From: a virus | Length of the DNA: 64,000 nucleotides | Strand: one strand, 5' to 3' | IMG/VR virus record: IMGVR_UViG_3300028107_000175 | Span: 87,578 to 151,577 of that record | Shown here: piece by piece, positions 46,430-55,491 of the stretch | Layout of the letters: each line of letters opens with the position of its first letter | Position numbering within the stretch: the first letter of the stretch is position 1 | The notes under the pieces: generated by a model | What the model was told of the DNA's origin: nothing | What the model saw: only the letters and a program-made list of their open reading frames with translations | Databases searched by the model: none | Program-made: the position numbers and the translations under genes

Positions 46430-46960
46430 GTGAGTGCACCCACTGCAAAACAGGCGGTGTTGAACACGCTCAATGTTGCTAACCAAGTCGAGGTACCGCT
46501 GACCTTCTCCGATGTGGAGTTTGGCATTCCTCTACCTGACGGTGGCACGCGTGGCAATACTGCCATCCTCGTTACCCCACTGCCCAACGGTCGTTTGGCC
46601 GGTCCGGCATGGACCTACTACTACGGTCGACTCCAGATGGAAACCTATCTGGAACTGCCCGAACCGCTGAAACTGGATGGGCAAACCACCATCGCTGACC
46701 TGCTCCCGCTCATCAATGCAGCCAAGGGGCTGAATCTGGTGATCGCCGATCTGGCCAATCCCGATGAGGCGCTGCCCGTGCTGGATGTCGACGTGGCTGA
46801 AGTCACCCTGCGGGCGGCTGCAGGTTCTTACGGTTGGCTGGGTCAAGTCAAGATCCAGATCGAACTGTCGGTACTTCCGCTGTCGATGGTCATGGCCAAT
46901 ACGGTTCTGTCCGGATTGACCTACGAGTTCAAGGAAGAAGAAGAGGCGGAACCTGCGTAA
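46430..46960 (+). CDS. Jumbo-phage tail/virion-associated beta protein
   Basis: 176 aa; YYYGRLQM and SYGWLGQV motifs typical of a paralogous phiKZ-like family. Confidence 0.5.
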   Translation: MSAPTAKQAVLNTLNVANQVEVPLTFSDVEFGIPLPDGGTRGNTAILVTPLPNGRLAGPAWTYYYGRLQMETYLELPEPLKLDGQTTIADLLPLINAAKGLNLVIADLANPDEALPVLDVDVAEVTLRAAAGSYGWLGQVKIQIELSVLPLSMVMANTVLSGLTYEFKEEEEAEPA

Positions 46961-46961
46961 C

Positions 46962-47008
46962 GGCATAAAACCCAGGGGCGCAATGCCCCTGGGTTTGCTT
47001 TATGCCCC
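46962..47008. terminator. Bidirectional terminator
   Basis: GGCATAAA-ACCCAGGGGC-gcaat-GCCCCTGGGT-ttgc-TTTATGCC, convergent genes. Confidence 0.8.
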
Positions 47009-47443
47009 GTTGAGGAGCAGCCACGGACGATCATCGCCCGGTTGGGGATTCCACGGACTGGCACACACGAAGGTGTACTTGGGCAGACCGTTGTACTGCA
47101 TCAGCTGATGCTGGCGGTTGTCCAAGATAAACGAGTCACTTCCGTCGAGGTTGCTGATCTCGCACACGCAATGACCTTCGCCGGTTTCCACGATGCAGGC
47201 AATCAGACGCGCCCGCAGACTGGGACGCTTGCGGGTTTCCAGCATGGCCGCACGTGCGAACTCTTCGCAGTCGCCGTGGAAAGACATGCCGCGCAGCATG
47301 GTGTTGAGTTCCACATCACCTTCCCAGCATTCCACCAGGCCGTGTTGCTGCTTGTCAGTGATGTACTTGAACTTCTCCATCAGCTTGCGATGGAGCTGGC
47401 GGATGAAGTCGTAATCGACGATGGGCATCTGAGACATCAGCAC
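47000..47443 (-). CDS. Transglutaminase-like cysteine protease (BTLCP/LapG-like)
   Basis: Catalytic triad motifs GDCEEFA, GHCV, ILDN. Confidence 0.8.
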   Translation of the reverse strand: MLMSQMPIVDYDFIRQLHRKLMEKFKYITDKQQHGLVECWEGDVELNTMLRGMSFHGDCEEFARAAMLETRKRPSLRARLIACIVETGEGHCVCEISNLDGSDSFILDNRQHQLMQYNGLPKYTFVCASPWNPQPGDDRPWLLLNGA

Positions 47444-47679
47444 GAACCTCCCCGCTCACGCAGGTCTTGGCAGCCGGGCAACGGCTGGATGTATTGGCCC
47501 TTATCCGGGATTGCCGGCTGGGGCGCGGGGCGCGAATGCGAGCAAGCCGTCATGGCCAGAGCAAACGCAACGACGTAAAACAAACGCTTCATAGCACTCT
47601 CCCGGATGGTCATAGAATAATTCCTAACCGAACACTGTCATGGTTTGGCTATTTTCACATTCAGATCACAGGTATCCAC

Positions 47680-48429
47680 ATGAGCACTCCGCTGAAGTAC
47701 GGCATGATCGTCACCCTCGAAGGTATGGACGGTTGTGGTAAGACTACCCAAGCCCGCGAGCTGGTGAAGAACCTGCAGGGCATGGGCTTGGAAGTCGTCC
47801 ACGTCAAGGAGCCGGGCGGTTCGGTGGATGCTGACAAGATCCGCAAGCTGTTGCTGGAAGACATCTCCGATGACGTCCATCCCGGCGTGGAAGCCATGTT
47901 GTTCATGGCCGCCAAGATCGACCTCTATCAGCGCGTGGTTAAGCCGGCACTGGAACGTAAGGCGGTTATCGTTTCCGAACGTGGCTGGCAGTCCATGTTT
48001 GCCTATCAGGGTGGTGCATTCAGCATGAACGGTGAGTTGGCATTGCATGACCTGCGTAACATCTCGCCCTACATCGGCGGACCGCCCCGCAGTGAAGTGC
48101 CCTCGCTGCAGATCCTGCTGCGCCAGAGTCTGGAGAAGACCCGTGAGCGCCTGACACAGCGCGCTGAAAAGCTGGACCACTTCGAAGCCAAGCCCGACGC
48201 GTTCTATGTCGGTGTCCATGAACGCTTCGAAGAGAACTTCCGGCCCAATGAGCATGTGATCGTCCATCCGTTCGGTGAGCGTTTCGATGTAGTCAACGTG
48301 GAAACGGGATCGGTGGAAGAAATCGCCGCATCGGTTCTGGACGTGGTGAAGCAGCACATTGAACGCATTGGCAACACGTCGGTGTTCCTCACCACCCGCA
48401 TGTATCCCGATACGAGGCTCAAGGTCTAA
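47680..48429 (+). CDS. tmk: Thymidylate kinase
   Basis: IVTLEGMDGCGKTTQ P-loop, KEPGG, EAMLFMAA, VIVSERGWQS (DR motif as ER). Confidence 0.9.
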   Translation: MSTPLKYGMIVTLEGMDGCGKTTQARELVKNLQGMGLEVVHVKEPGGSVDADKIRKLLLEDISDDVHPGVEAMLFMAAKIDLYQRVVKPALERKAVIVSERGWQSMFAYQGGAFSMNGELALHDLRNISPYIGGPPRSEVPSLQILLRQSLEKTRERLTQRAEKLDHFEAKPDAFYVGVHERFEENFRPNEHVIVHPFGERFDVVNVETGSVEEIAASVLDVVKQHIERIGNTSVFLTTRMYPDTRLKV

Positions 48430-48431
48430 TC

Positions 48432-48944
48432 GTGGTTGATCCCTACAAAAAACTCAAGGCTATCGAAGAAGTCACCTGGCCTCGCCGTGATCTGATCACT
48501 CGACATCTCAATGAGTTGGGCGATCTGCTCCCGGAGCTGCGCTCGGTCGTGACTGACCATCAGACCGGCCAGCCGTTGGATGGGGCGCAGACGGCGTGGC
48601 TGGCAGCCGCATTGCGCTCCATCGTTCGCGTGCTGGAGTTGGACGACCGTCGCCTGTCTGTGGAGAAGGCACTGTCCATTTTCGCTGAGCATGAGCTGAT
48701 GAGTTACTATCAGCCCGATGAGATTGACGCTGCCGTGGCTTACTGGAAAAGTGAGCAGCTGATGAGTCGTCAAACTCAAGCATCCTTTGTTGACGGGTCA
48801 CGCGTGTTCGCATTGACCTCCCCGATCCAGCAGACTACTTTCGACTACGTCCAGATCCAACCCAGTGATCTGCTGCCCAATCGGAACCGACCGCTACCGC
48901 GCATGCATGAACTGCGCGGTGGTAAACCTCCCAACCGACTTTGA
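48432..48944 (+). CDS. Hypothetical protein (170 aa)
   Basis: GTG start, operonic with tmk. Confidence 0.6.
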   Translation: MVDPYKKLKAIEEVTWPRRDLITRHLNELGDLLPELRSVVTDHQTGQPLDGAQTAWLAAALRSIVRVLELDDRRLSVEKALSIFAEHELMSYYQPDEIDAAVAYWKSEQLMSRQTQASFVDGSRVFALTSPIQQTTFDYVQIQPSDLLPNRNRPLPRMHELRGGKPPNRL

Positions 48945-48951
48945 GATTCAC

Positions 48952-49965
48952 ATGGAAGAGATCGATACACAGACCGTAGAGGTCCCGAAGCCCACTGAAC
49001 GAGTGGGCATCTACCACGCCGATTGTTTCGATGGCGTTGCTGCCGCATGGGTGCTGCTCCAGCAGTATCCTGACATTCGTTTGATCGCAGCTGATTATCG
49101 CGATCCGGTACCGACTGATCTGGTCGGTGCCGACGTGTACATCGTGGACTTCTCCTACACTCGCCAGCAGCTGTTGGAGCTGACGATAGACTGTGCATCG
49201 GTCACGCTGATCGACCATCATCCGCGGGCATTGGAATTCCGCGATTGGGTCCACAACCTGAGTTCGGAAGATCGAGAGGTTTGCTCGGACTACGGCTATG
49301 ACTTGTCTCGATTGATGATCTTCGTTGACAAGAATCGCAGTGGTGCGCAGCTGACGTGGGATTACTTCCATCCCCACACCGGCTCGCGTGAGGTCTGCCG
49401 ACATCAGATCCAGATCGAGCGTGTCGATTGCGATTGTTTCCCGAAGGGGGAACCGCGACCGTTCTGGCTCGATGCGGTGGGTCAGCGCGATCTGTGGATC
49501 TTCAACAGCGATGTCATCAAGCCGTTGTGCTATGCACTCGGAACGTTGCCACTCGATCCCCGCATCTGGCAGCGTGAATTCAACCGATACGAAAACGCCG
49601 GTGAGTTGCATCAGCATCAGATGGTCATCGGCCGTGCGATCGAATCCAAGGTACAGCAGGACGTGGAGCGCATCCTGTCCCAGACCAAACGTTCGATCGT
49701 ACTGACCGACGGTACGGACTACTACGACGTACCGCTGTTGAACGTACCGCGCTTCCTGGCCAGTGAGGCGCTCGACGCCATCGCTGAAGGACATCCGTTT
49801 GTAGCCGGCTATTACGACGACGGCGAGTGCCGTGTGTTCAGCCTGCGCTCGAACAAGCAATCCGGTATCGACACCCGCCCCATCTCTCGCTTCTACGGCG
49901 GCGATGGTCATGACCACGCATCCGGTTTCCGGATTGCCCGTAGCGAATCTCTGGCACAGCACTGA
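48952..49965 (+). CDS. DHH/DHHA1 family phosphoesterase
   Basis: YHADCFDG, YIVDFS, LIDHH, SGA, RDLW, FSLRS and GDGHDHASGF motifs. Confidence 0.9.
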   Translation: MEEIDTQTVEVPKPTERVGIYHADCFDGVAAAWVLLQQYPDIRLIAADYRDPVPTDLVGADVYIVDFSYTRQQLLELTIDCASVTLIDHHPRALEFRDWVHNLSSEDREVCSDYGYDLSRLMIFVDKNRSGAQLTWDYFHPHTGSREVCRHQIQIERVDCDCFPKGEPRPFWLDAVGQRDLWIFNSDVIKPLCYALGTLPLDPRIWQREFNRYENAGELHQHQMVIGRAIESKVQQDVERILSQTKRSIVLTDGTDYYDVPLLNVPRFLASEALDAIAEGHPFVAGYYDDGECRVFSLRSNKQSGIDTRPISRFYGGDGHDHASGFRIARSESLAQH

Positions 49966-49966
49966 C

Positions 49967-50476
49967 ATGAGCGAACAGAAACTCAACCGTACCGATCGCG
50001 GTTTTGCGATCTTCACCGTGGTGTTGTTTGCCGCGATGGAATGGGCCATCTACCGCGTACTCGGCCTCAACGCTGCTCTGGCCGTGATGGGTGCTTCCTT
50101 CGTCCTGATGACCTTCCGGATGTTCCGGTTGGCTTTCCAAGTGGCGTGGCTGCGCGACGACTACGTCAAGCAGAAAGATGAGCTGCTCGCACTGCGCCGG
50201 CAGTTCGTGGACTTCCGGCAGGGTAACCAGGAACTGATGTTCGTGGTACTGGCTGAGAAGTACCCGTACGCTTTCCGTGGTCCGGACATGATCGTCCGCT
50301 TCCCCAGCGGTGATAAAATCGCCATCCCGGCGACGGACTTCCTGCGCTTCAAGTGCATCAACCCCGACATGGGGGTGGGCGGTCTGGATGTGGTCACCGG
50401 CGCGGAGATGTTCGATGTTCTCCAGCGTAACGTGGGCCATCAGTATGAAGACCGATCCGAACCGGTCAATCGCTGA
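49967..50476 (+). CDS. Membrane protein with two N-terminal TM helices and a coiled coil
   Basis: FAIFTVVLFAAMEWAI and LAVMGASFVLM segments. Confidence 0.65.
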   Translation: MSEQKLNRTDRGFAIFTVVLFAAMEWAIYRVLGLNAALAVMGASFVLMTFRMFRLAFQVAWLRDDYVKQKDELLALRRQFVDFRQGNQELMFVVLAEKYPYAFRGPDMIVRFPSGDKIAIPATDFLRFKCINPDMGVGGLDVVTGAEMFDVLQRNVGHQYEDRSEPVNR

Positions 50477-50484
50477 GGGTAGCT

Positions 50485-50685
50485 GTGGATAACATTCAGC
50501 GCACCTGCTGTTTTGTCGCCATTGCATTGTTTGCTGCCATCCAGTGGGACTGGCTGTGGAGCCACTTCCCGCCCAAGTACCATCTGGCCGCGCAACTGAT
50601 ACAAGGCGTCTTGCTGTTGTTCATCGTGATCCTCACCGGGGTCATGATCTGGCTCGATGAGAACCGTCGTCGACGTTCTGAGTGA
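50485..50685 (+). CDS. Small 2-TM protein, holin candidate
   Basis: 66 aa, two TM helices, basic C-terminus (ENRRRRSE), directly upstream of the endolysin. Confidence 0.5.
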   Translation: MDNIQRTCCFVAIALFAAIQWDWLWSHFPPKYHLAAQLIQGVLLLFIVILTGVMIWLDENRRRRSE

Positions 50686-50693
50686 TAAGGCAT

Positions 50694-50730
50694 GCCCTCC
50701 AGTCCCTTGCGGACTGGAGGGTTTTATGCC
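50694..50730 (+). terminator. Hairpin followed by TTATGC, upstream of the endolysin
   Basis: CCCTCCAGTCC-cttgc-GGACTGGAGGG then TTTTATGCC. Confidence 0.65.
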
Positions 50731-50760
50731 CGATGGTATGGTTTACAGGAGGACGAAACC

Positions 50761-51648
50761 ATGTCAACTCTCAACGTTATCGCATTGGGCGATAAGAACG
50801 CTTCGGTCAAGGTGCTGCAGACGGCACTGAAGATCAATGCCGACGGTGACTTCGGTCCGGCCACTGACCGTGCTGTGCGCGCTTTCCAGACCAGTAAGGG
50901 CCTGACCGCGGACGGTGTGGTCGGTGCCAAGACCTGGGCCGCACTGGGCGTCACCAATACTGCACCACCGCAGTGCCCGGCACCCAACAGCTTCACTGGA
51001 AAGGTGTCGCTGGTCCTGACGGATCAGGATTACATCGAAGAGGCTCGCCGACTGGACAAGGCGGGCAAGCCGATGCCGCCGCTGGTTCTGCGGACCTTCT
51101 CGGAAGTGGAGTCCAGCGGTAAGGGCTTCCTCGATGATGGTCGCTGCAAGATCATGTTCGAGCGCCACAAGTTCTACAAGTACATCCGTGACAAGAATCT
51201 GCGTGACCTGCTGGCGTCCAAAGAATGGGACATTTGCAAGAACGAAATGCGTGTCAACTCGCGGACCAAGAAGCCGTACCATACTGCCAAGGACATGTAC
51301 CTGGGCGGTGCGGCCGAATGGAAGCTGTTCGAACGAGCACTGGCCTACGATCCGTGGGCGGCCATGATGTCGGTGTCCTACGGCGCCGGTCAGGTCATGG
51401 GCTTCAACTACGCCGTGGCTGGTTTCAAGACCGTCGAGGACTTCTACCAGGCGATGTGCTACGGCGGTGCGCGCGGCCATCTGACCGCCATGGTCGGGTT
51501 CATCTTGGGTAATCCCACGATCCACAATGCACTGTTCGTCAAGGACTGGAAGACGGCGGCGCTGGGCTACAACGGCGAGGAGGGCGTACGGCTGTACAAG
51601 TACGACACCCAGCTGGCCGATGCATGGAAGCGTCTGGGCGGTAAGTAA
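50761..51648 (+). CDS. Modular endolysin: peptidoglycan-binding domain plus N-acetylmuramidase (DUF3380)
   Basis: DGDFGPAT..AV..FQ...GL.ADGVVG.KTW; EVESSGKGF, IMFERHKF, SYGAGQVMGFN. Confidence 0.9.
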   Translation: MSTLNVIALGDKNASVKVLQTALKINADGDFGPATDRAVRAFQTSKGLTADGVVGAKTWAALGVTNTAPPQCPAPNSFTGKVSLVLTDQDYIEEARRLDKAGKPMPPLVLRTFSEVESSGKGFLDDGRCKIMFERHKFYKYIRDKNLRDLLASKEWDICKNEMRVNSRTKKPYHTAKDMYLGGAAEWKLFERALAYDPWAAMMSVSYGAGQVMGFNYAVAGFKTVEDFYQAMCYGGARGHLTAMVGFILGNPTIHNALFVKDWKTAALGYNGEEGVRLYKYDTQLADAWKRLGGK

Positions 51649-51742
51649 GACATACAGCCCCGCCTACGGGCGGGGTTTTATGCCGACACTGTAAAAATGT
51701 GGTGGTTGGCCTAATGGAGTATACGCACACAGGAAGTATGAC

Positions 51743-52369
51743 ATGGCACGTTGGTATGGCGGGGTGGGTTCACGTGAGACCCCCATCGATGTATGGAACC
51801 TGATGTACAATCTCGGCCTGTACATGGCGTACTCCGGCTGGGGGTTGTCTTCTGGTGGTGCGACCAAAAAGCCTGATGCTCCGCCGGACACCGATAGTGC
51901 CGATGACGCCTTCCTCAAGGGAGCGATGGCCTGTCCGGAGATGAATCCGGTCAACATGTTGCGCATCTACCTGATCAACGCACATTGGGAGCACTACAAA
52001 CCCGATCCGTCGCGTGGCTTCTACAACTCTCGTGAGTTCACCGAGACGTGGGATCTGGCCATGGACATTGCACGTCAGTGTCGTGGCTCGTGGGAAGGGT
52101 TGCGTGAGAATGGCATTGCGCTCCATACTCGCAATGCTTTCCAGATGCTCGGTCACGATCTGGTAACTCCGGTGCAGCAATGCATCGGCTGGGCACCAAG
52201 CATCGGTAAGGGTAACAAGGTCAAGGGCGGTACCAACACCGCCTTTGCATTGTGTCATGCCCGCGGCATTCCGGTGATGAACCTGTACGAAGACGAACAG
52301 CGCCAGCGCGCTGAATCCTTTGTCAAACGCGCTGAAGAGCGCTACGGAGAATTGCTATGCATCGGGTAA
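51743..52369 (+). CDS. SLOG/DprA-like protein
   Basis: YGGVGSRETP, LSSGGA, ADDAF, HTRNAFQMLG, KGGTNTA motifs. Confidence 0.75.
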   Translation: MARWYGGVGSRETPIDVWNLMYNLGLYMAYSGWGLSSGGATKKPDAPPDTDSADDAFLKGAMACPEMNPVNMLRIYLINAHWEHYKPDPSRGFYNSREFTETWDLAMDIARQCRGSWEGLRENGIALHTRNAFQMLGHDLVTPVQQCIGWAPSIGKGNKVKGGTNTAFALCHARGIPVMNLYEDEQRQRAESFVKRAEERYGELLCIG

Positions 52370-52692
52370 TTGAAGGTACCGTCGTACCGCGGCGTGGCTC
52401 GCCGGGGAAAGTGTGGTCGTTCATCAAGGGGCTCACGCAACTTTGGGTAATGACCATGCTGCTTTTGATCATGTGGATCATTCTCGGCATCGCAGTCATC
52501 GCCGCCATTGTGTCCGGCATCATTAGTGTCCTCGCATTGCTCTCGTTGGTCACCGACGGAACGTGGCCTGATGGAATGGGAGTGAGCCTGGTCATCTTCC
52601 CAGTTGCGGTGCTGGTGGGTATCGTCATCTTCGGTCTGCTGATGTGGCGCATCCCGTCGCTGGGTAACTGGGTACTGCGTGTGTGGAAGTGA
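52357..52692 (+). CDS. Multi-pass membrane protein
   Basis: Two to three long hydrophobic segments. Confidence 0.6.
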   Translation: MHRVIEGTVVPRRGSPGKVWSFIKGLTQLWVMTMLLLIMWIILGIAVIAAIVSGIISVLALLSLVTDGTWPDGMGVSLVIFPVAVLVGIVIFGLLMWRIPSLGNWVLRVWK

Positions 52693-52698
52693 GGCTCT

Positions 52699-53088
52699 AT
52701 GCAAACCTTTCAGATCGTAGGGATCGCGGTCGGATTGACTGGCGGTCTTTTCTTTGCAGTTGCGATGGCACTGGCCCTCGGCGGAGTGGGTCGTAGTTAC
52801 ATCCGTCTGCGAATGAATGAAGCGCTCGAAGTAGATCGCCAGCAACTCTACTGGGCTCAAGTTGCTCTTTGGAAGCAGCTGAATTGGTGGCGCTATCCGC
52901 CATCGGAAGGTTGGCATATCGGTTACAACGTCGATCGTCTCCCAATGGCTTACCATCAGCATGTCGAGCGCTATGGTTGTCTGAGTCGCGTCTGCGATGT
53001 GGAGATTCAGCAGGATATTCGACAATGGACTTACATAGGCGGACTTCGTGTTCGTCTACCCAATGGATCTGTGCATCGTTTAACTTAA
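52699..53088 (+). CDS. Hypothetical protein with an N-terminal TM helix
   Basis: GAGG RBS; 129 aa. Confidence 0.55.
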   Translation: MQTFQIVGIAVGLTGGLFFAVAMALALGGVGRSYIRLRMNEALEVDRQQLYWAQVALWKQLNWWRYPPSEGWHIGYNVDRLPMAYHQHVERYGCLSRVCDVEIQQDIRQWTYIGGLRVRLPNGSVHRLT

Positions 53089-53098
53089 AGGAAGTGTC

Positions 53099-53719
53099 GT
53101 GAGTAGCTATACCGAATTGGATTTGCAGAGGCTGGTGCAGGACACCGACTTCAACCCCTCGGCCAACTCTCCGCTGTATCACAACTACACCCATCTCAAT
53201 GCGGTGTATCAGTTGGCTCAGGTACTGTCCACTGGCCTGCGCGTGCTGAGTGGGGTCAAAAATGATCTCTACTGCGCGGCGCTTCTCCATGACGTGGACC
53301 ACAGTCTCGACCCTGACCTACCTGATGAAGAGAACGTGGCTCGCGCCATGCGCAAGGCTGAGGAGGCCGATCGTCTGCTGCCGGGTCTGTTCAACCTCCG
53401 TCGTGTCCAGTCGTTGATTCTGGCCACTGAGTTTCCGGACCCGACTGCCAAGCTGGACATCCTCGACAGCGGTGAACGTGCGTTGGCCGAAATCCTCATT
53501 GACGCTGACATTCTCTCGGCACTGACGCCGATGTCGTTGAACAACATCGTCAACGGCCTGCGTCGCGAGAAGCGCTTCACCGGCACACCGGCTGAGTGGG
53601 TCGAGAAGAACAACGCCTTCCTGGCCAGTTACAAGGCACGCACGCAAGCGGGCCGTGAGTATCACGCCATGAATGTTGAACGGACCATGCGGGCCTGTAG
53701 GGAAGCTGTCAACGCTTGA
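53099..53719 (+). CDS. HD-domain phosphohydrolase, class-I PDE-like
   Basis: YHNYTH, AALLHDVDH, LILATE, LIDADI. Confidence 0.85.
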   Translation: MSSYTELDLQRLVQDTDFNPSANSPLYHNYTHLNAVYQLAQVLSTGLRVLSGVKNDLYCAALLHDVDHSLDPDLPDEENVARAMRKAEEADRLLPGLFNLRRVQSLILATEFPDPTAKLDILDSGERALAEILIDADILSALTPMSLNNIVNGLRREKRFTGTPAEWVEKNNAFLASYKARTQAGREYHAMNVERTMRACREAVNA

Positions 53720-53748
53720 TGTTATGACTTCCAAGCGTTGAGGTTGAC

Positions 53749-54327
53749 ATGGCTGTTACCCCTCCTGCAAGTATGAGTAAGATTCGTGGCGAGTACGGTG
53801 GTGCCGGGCGAATGAGCGGATACAAACGCGGAGGAGGCACGGTTCCTGACCATGCTAATACCGCATCGATTTCCCCATCTGCACCACGGATGTCGCAATT
53901 CAACAACACCAGCGCCACGCCGCCGACACCAACGGTGGGTGTGAACCTTCAGAACGGGTTCTCCAGCGACAATCGCCCTCAGGGGTCAGCGGCCCGATCG
54001 TGGGCCGGCTGGAGCTTCAACGTCAATGGGTTGGCCTACCAGTCCAGTTCGATGTTCGGTGATCGGTCGGTTTACACGTGGCTGACTGCTGGCAATGCCA
54101 ATGACATCCAGTTCTATGCCACTGTCGATTTCCAAGACGGAGCAAGTGTCGTAGGTGCTGTCAATCAGTGGGTCGGTCCCAACCAAGCGTTCTGGAACAT
54201 CAGCACTACCAACGTGGTCAAGGCCGTTTCGGCGTCCCTGACCATTCAGGCTCGGGTAGCCTCCACTGGACAGGTGTTGGGTTCGTGTCAGATTTCGCTG
54301 AACGCCTCTGAAGGCGCACCGATCTGA
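53749..54327 (+). CDS. Putative tail-fibre adhesin/receptor-binding accessory protein
   Basis: N-terminal SMSKIRGEYGG...MSGYKRGG..VP...ISPS..RMSQF, typical of phage adhesin N-domains; beta-rich C-domain; TATG at 53723 upstream. Confidence 0.5.
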   Translation: MAVTPPASMSKIRGEYGGAGRMSGYKRGGGTVPDHANTASISPSAPRMSQFNNTSATPPTPTVGVNLQNGFSSDNRPQGSAARSWAGWSFNVNGLAYQSSSMFGDRSVYTWLTAGNANDIQFYATVDFQDGASVVGAVNQWVGPNQAFWNISTTNVVKAVSASLTIQARVASTGQVLGSCQISLNASEGAPI

Positions 54328-54464
54328 TCGGGTAAAAATGAAACAAGCAGGCATATGGCGTGAGGGCATTTCGCCCTCACGCCAATGTCTTTTATGTCAG
54401 GGACCATACCGTGGGCCTACGCGCATTGCTATTGATCGATCCATTCACCAGAGGCACACCTGCC

Positions 54465-54827
54465 GTGACTGAACAAGAATCCTTCGAGCAGGGTTGGAAG
54501 ACGCTGCACGACAAACTCACGCTACACTGCTACTACCGTAACAGCGCGCTGTGGGCGAAGTTCTACGGACTGCTGCTGGCGGCAGCGAGTCTGGGCAGCT
54601 TCGTGGGCTTTGCCCTCTACGGCATCCTCGCCCAGAACTTCAATCGCACCATGGTCGCCGTTGCCGTTGTCGCGGTTCTGGTCATCTTCTTCCTCTGGTC
54701 ACGTCTGGCCGGTTACGTGGATCGCATGGAAGATGTGGAACGGATGTTGGGCGTCAAGCAAGAAATTCGAAAAGTCTTCCGCGGCGCCGTGATCACCGGT
54801 GGCCGCCAGCCTTACTGCCGACCCTGA
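54465..54827 (+). CDS. 2-TM membrane protein
   Basis: GAGG RBS and GTG start; two hydrophobic helices. Confidence 0.6.
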   Translation: MTEQESFEQGWKTLHDKLTLHCYYRNSALWAKFYGLLLAAASLGSFVGFALYGILAQNFNRTMVAVAVVAVLVIFFLWSRLAGYVDRMEDVERMLGVKQEIRKVFRGAVITGGRQPYCRP

Positions 54828-54838
54828 GAGGAACCGAA

Positions 54839-55486
54839 ATGCCCAGAAGAAGAAAGTATCGTCAGCGCTACGATTACAGCGTTGACGTCGTCGTCGGTGA
54901 GCGCACCGTGTACCGCAACGGCAGACATACCGCCGTCCCCGACTTTGCACGGATGACGTGCTACACACCCAGCCAAGCAGTGGCCCTGTACGACAAGAAC
55001 CCCGAGCTACACCGAATCCACATGAAGCCTCGCTTCGGGGGAATTGAACGATCCATCAATCCGACGGTGGATCGACGCAACATGTTGAACCTCAACTTCC
55101 ACGAACTGGTGCAGCGCATCTACTGCCAAGCGCCTTGGACGGAAGCTGACCCCGAGAGTGCCGGCGAGCACGCCATCGAAAACGCGCTGTTGCTCAACAT
55201 CCCTTCCCGTCTGCTGCTGTCGATCGTGCGACCGTCATGGCTGCTGCGACAGAAGCGCGAACTCAGTCACGAATTGAACGCGACCCATCGTCGCTGGCTG
55301 ACGGAAAAGCACGCGGCGAAAGAGAACCGAATCGAACTCAGCCTGGTGAGTTGTAAGCTCACCACGACTGAAAGTGAAAATGTCATGTTACGGCAAACGG
55401 TGTCTCAACTCCAGATGGAGCTGGGGGCTAAGGATCATCGCATTGCCGAAATGGAAGCACTCCTCTACCCTCCAACCGGTAACTGA
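54839..55486 (+). CDS. Hypothetical protein with a C-terminal coiled coil
   Basis: GAGGA RBS before MPRRRKY. Confidence 0.6.
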   Translation: MPRRRKYRQRYDYSVDVVVGERTVYRNGRHTAVPDFARMTCYTPSQAVALYDKNPELHRIHMKPRFGGIERSINPTVDRRNMLNLNFHELVQRIYCQAPWTEADPESAGEHAIENALLLNIPSRLLLSIVRPSWLLRQKRELSHELNATHRRWLTEKHAAKENRIELSLVSCKLTTTESENVMLRQTVSQLQMELGAKDHRIAEMEALLYPPTGN

Positions 55487-55491
55487 TCACC

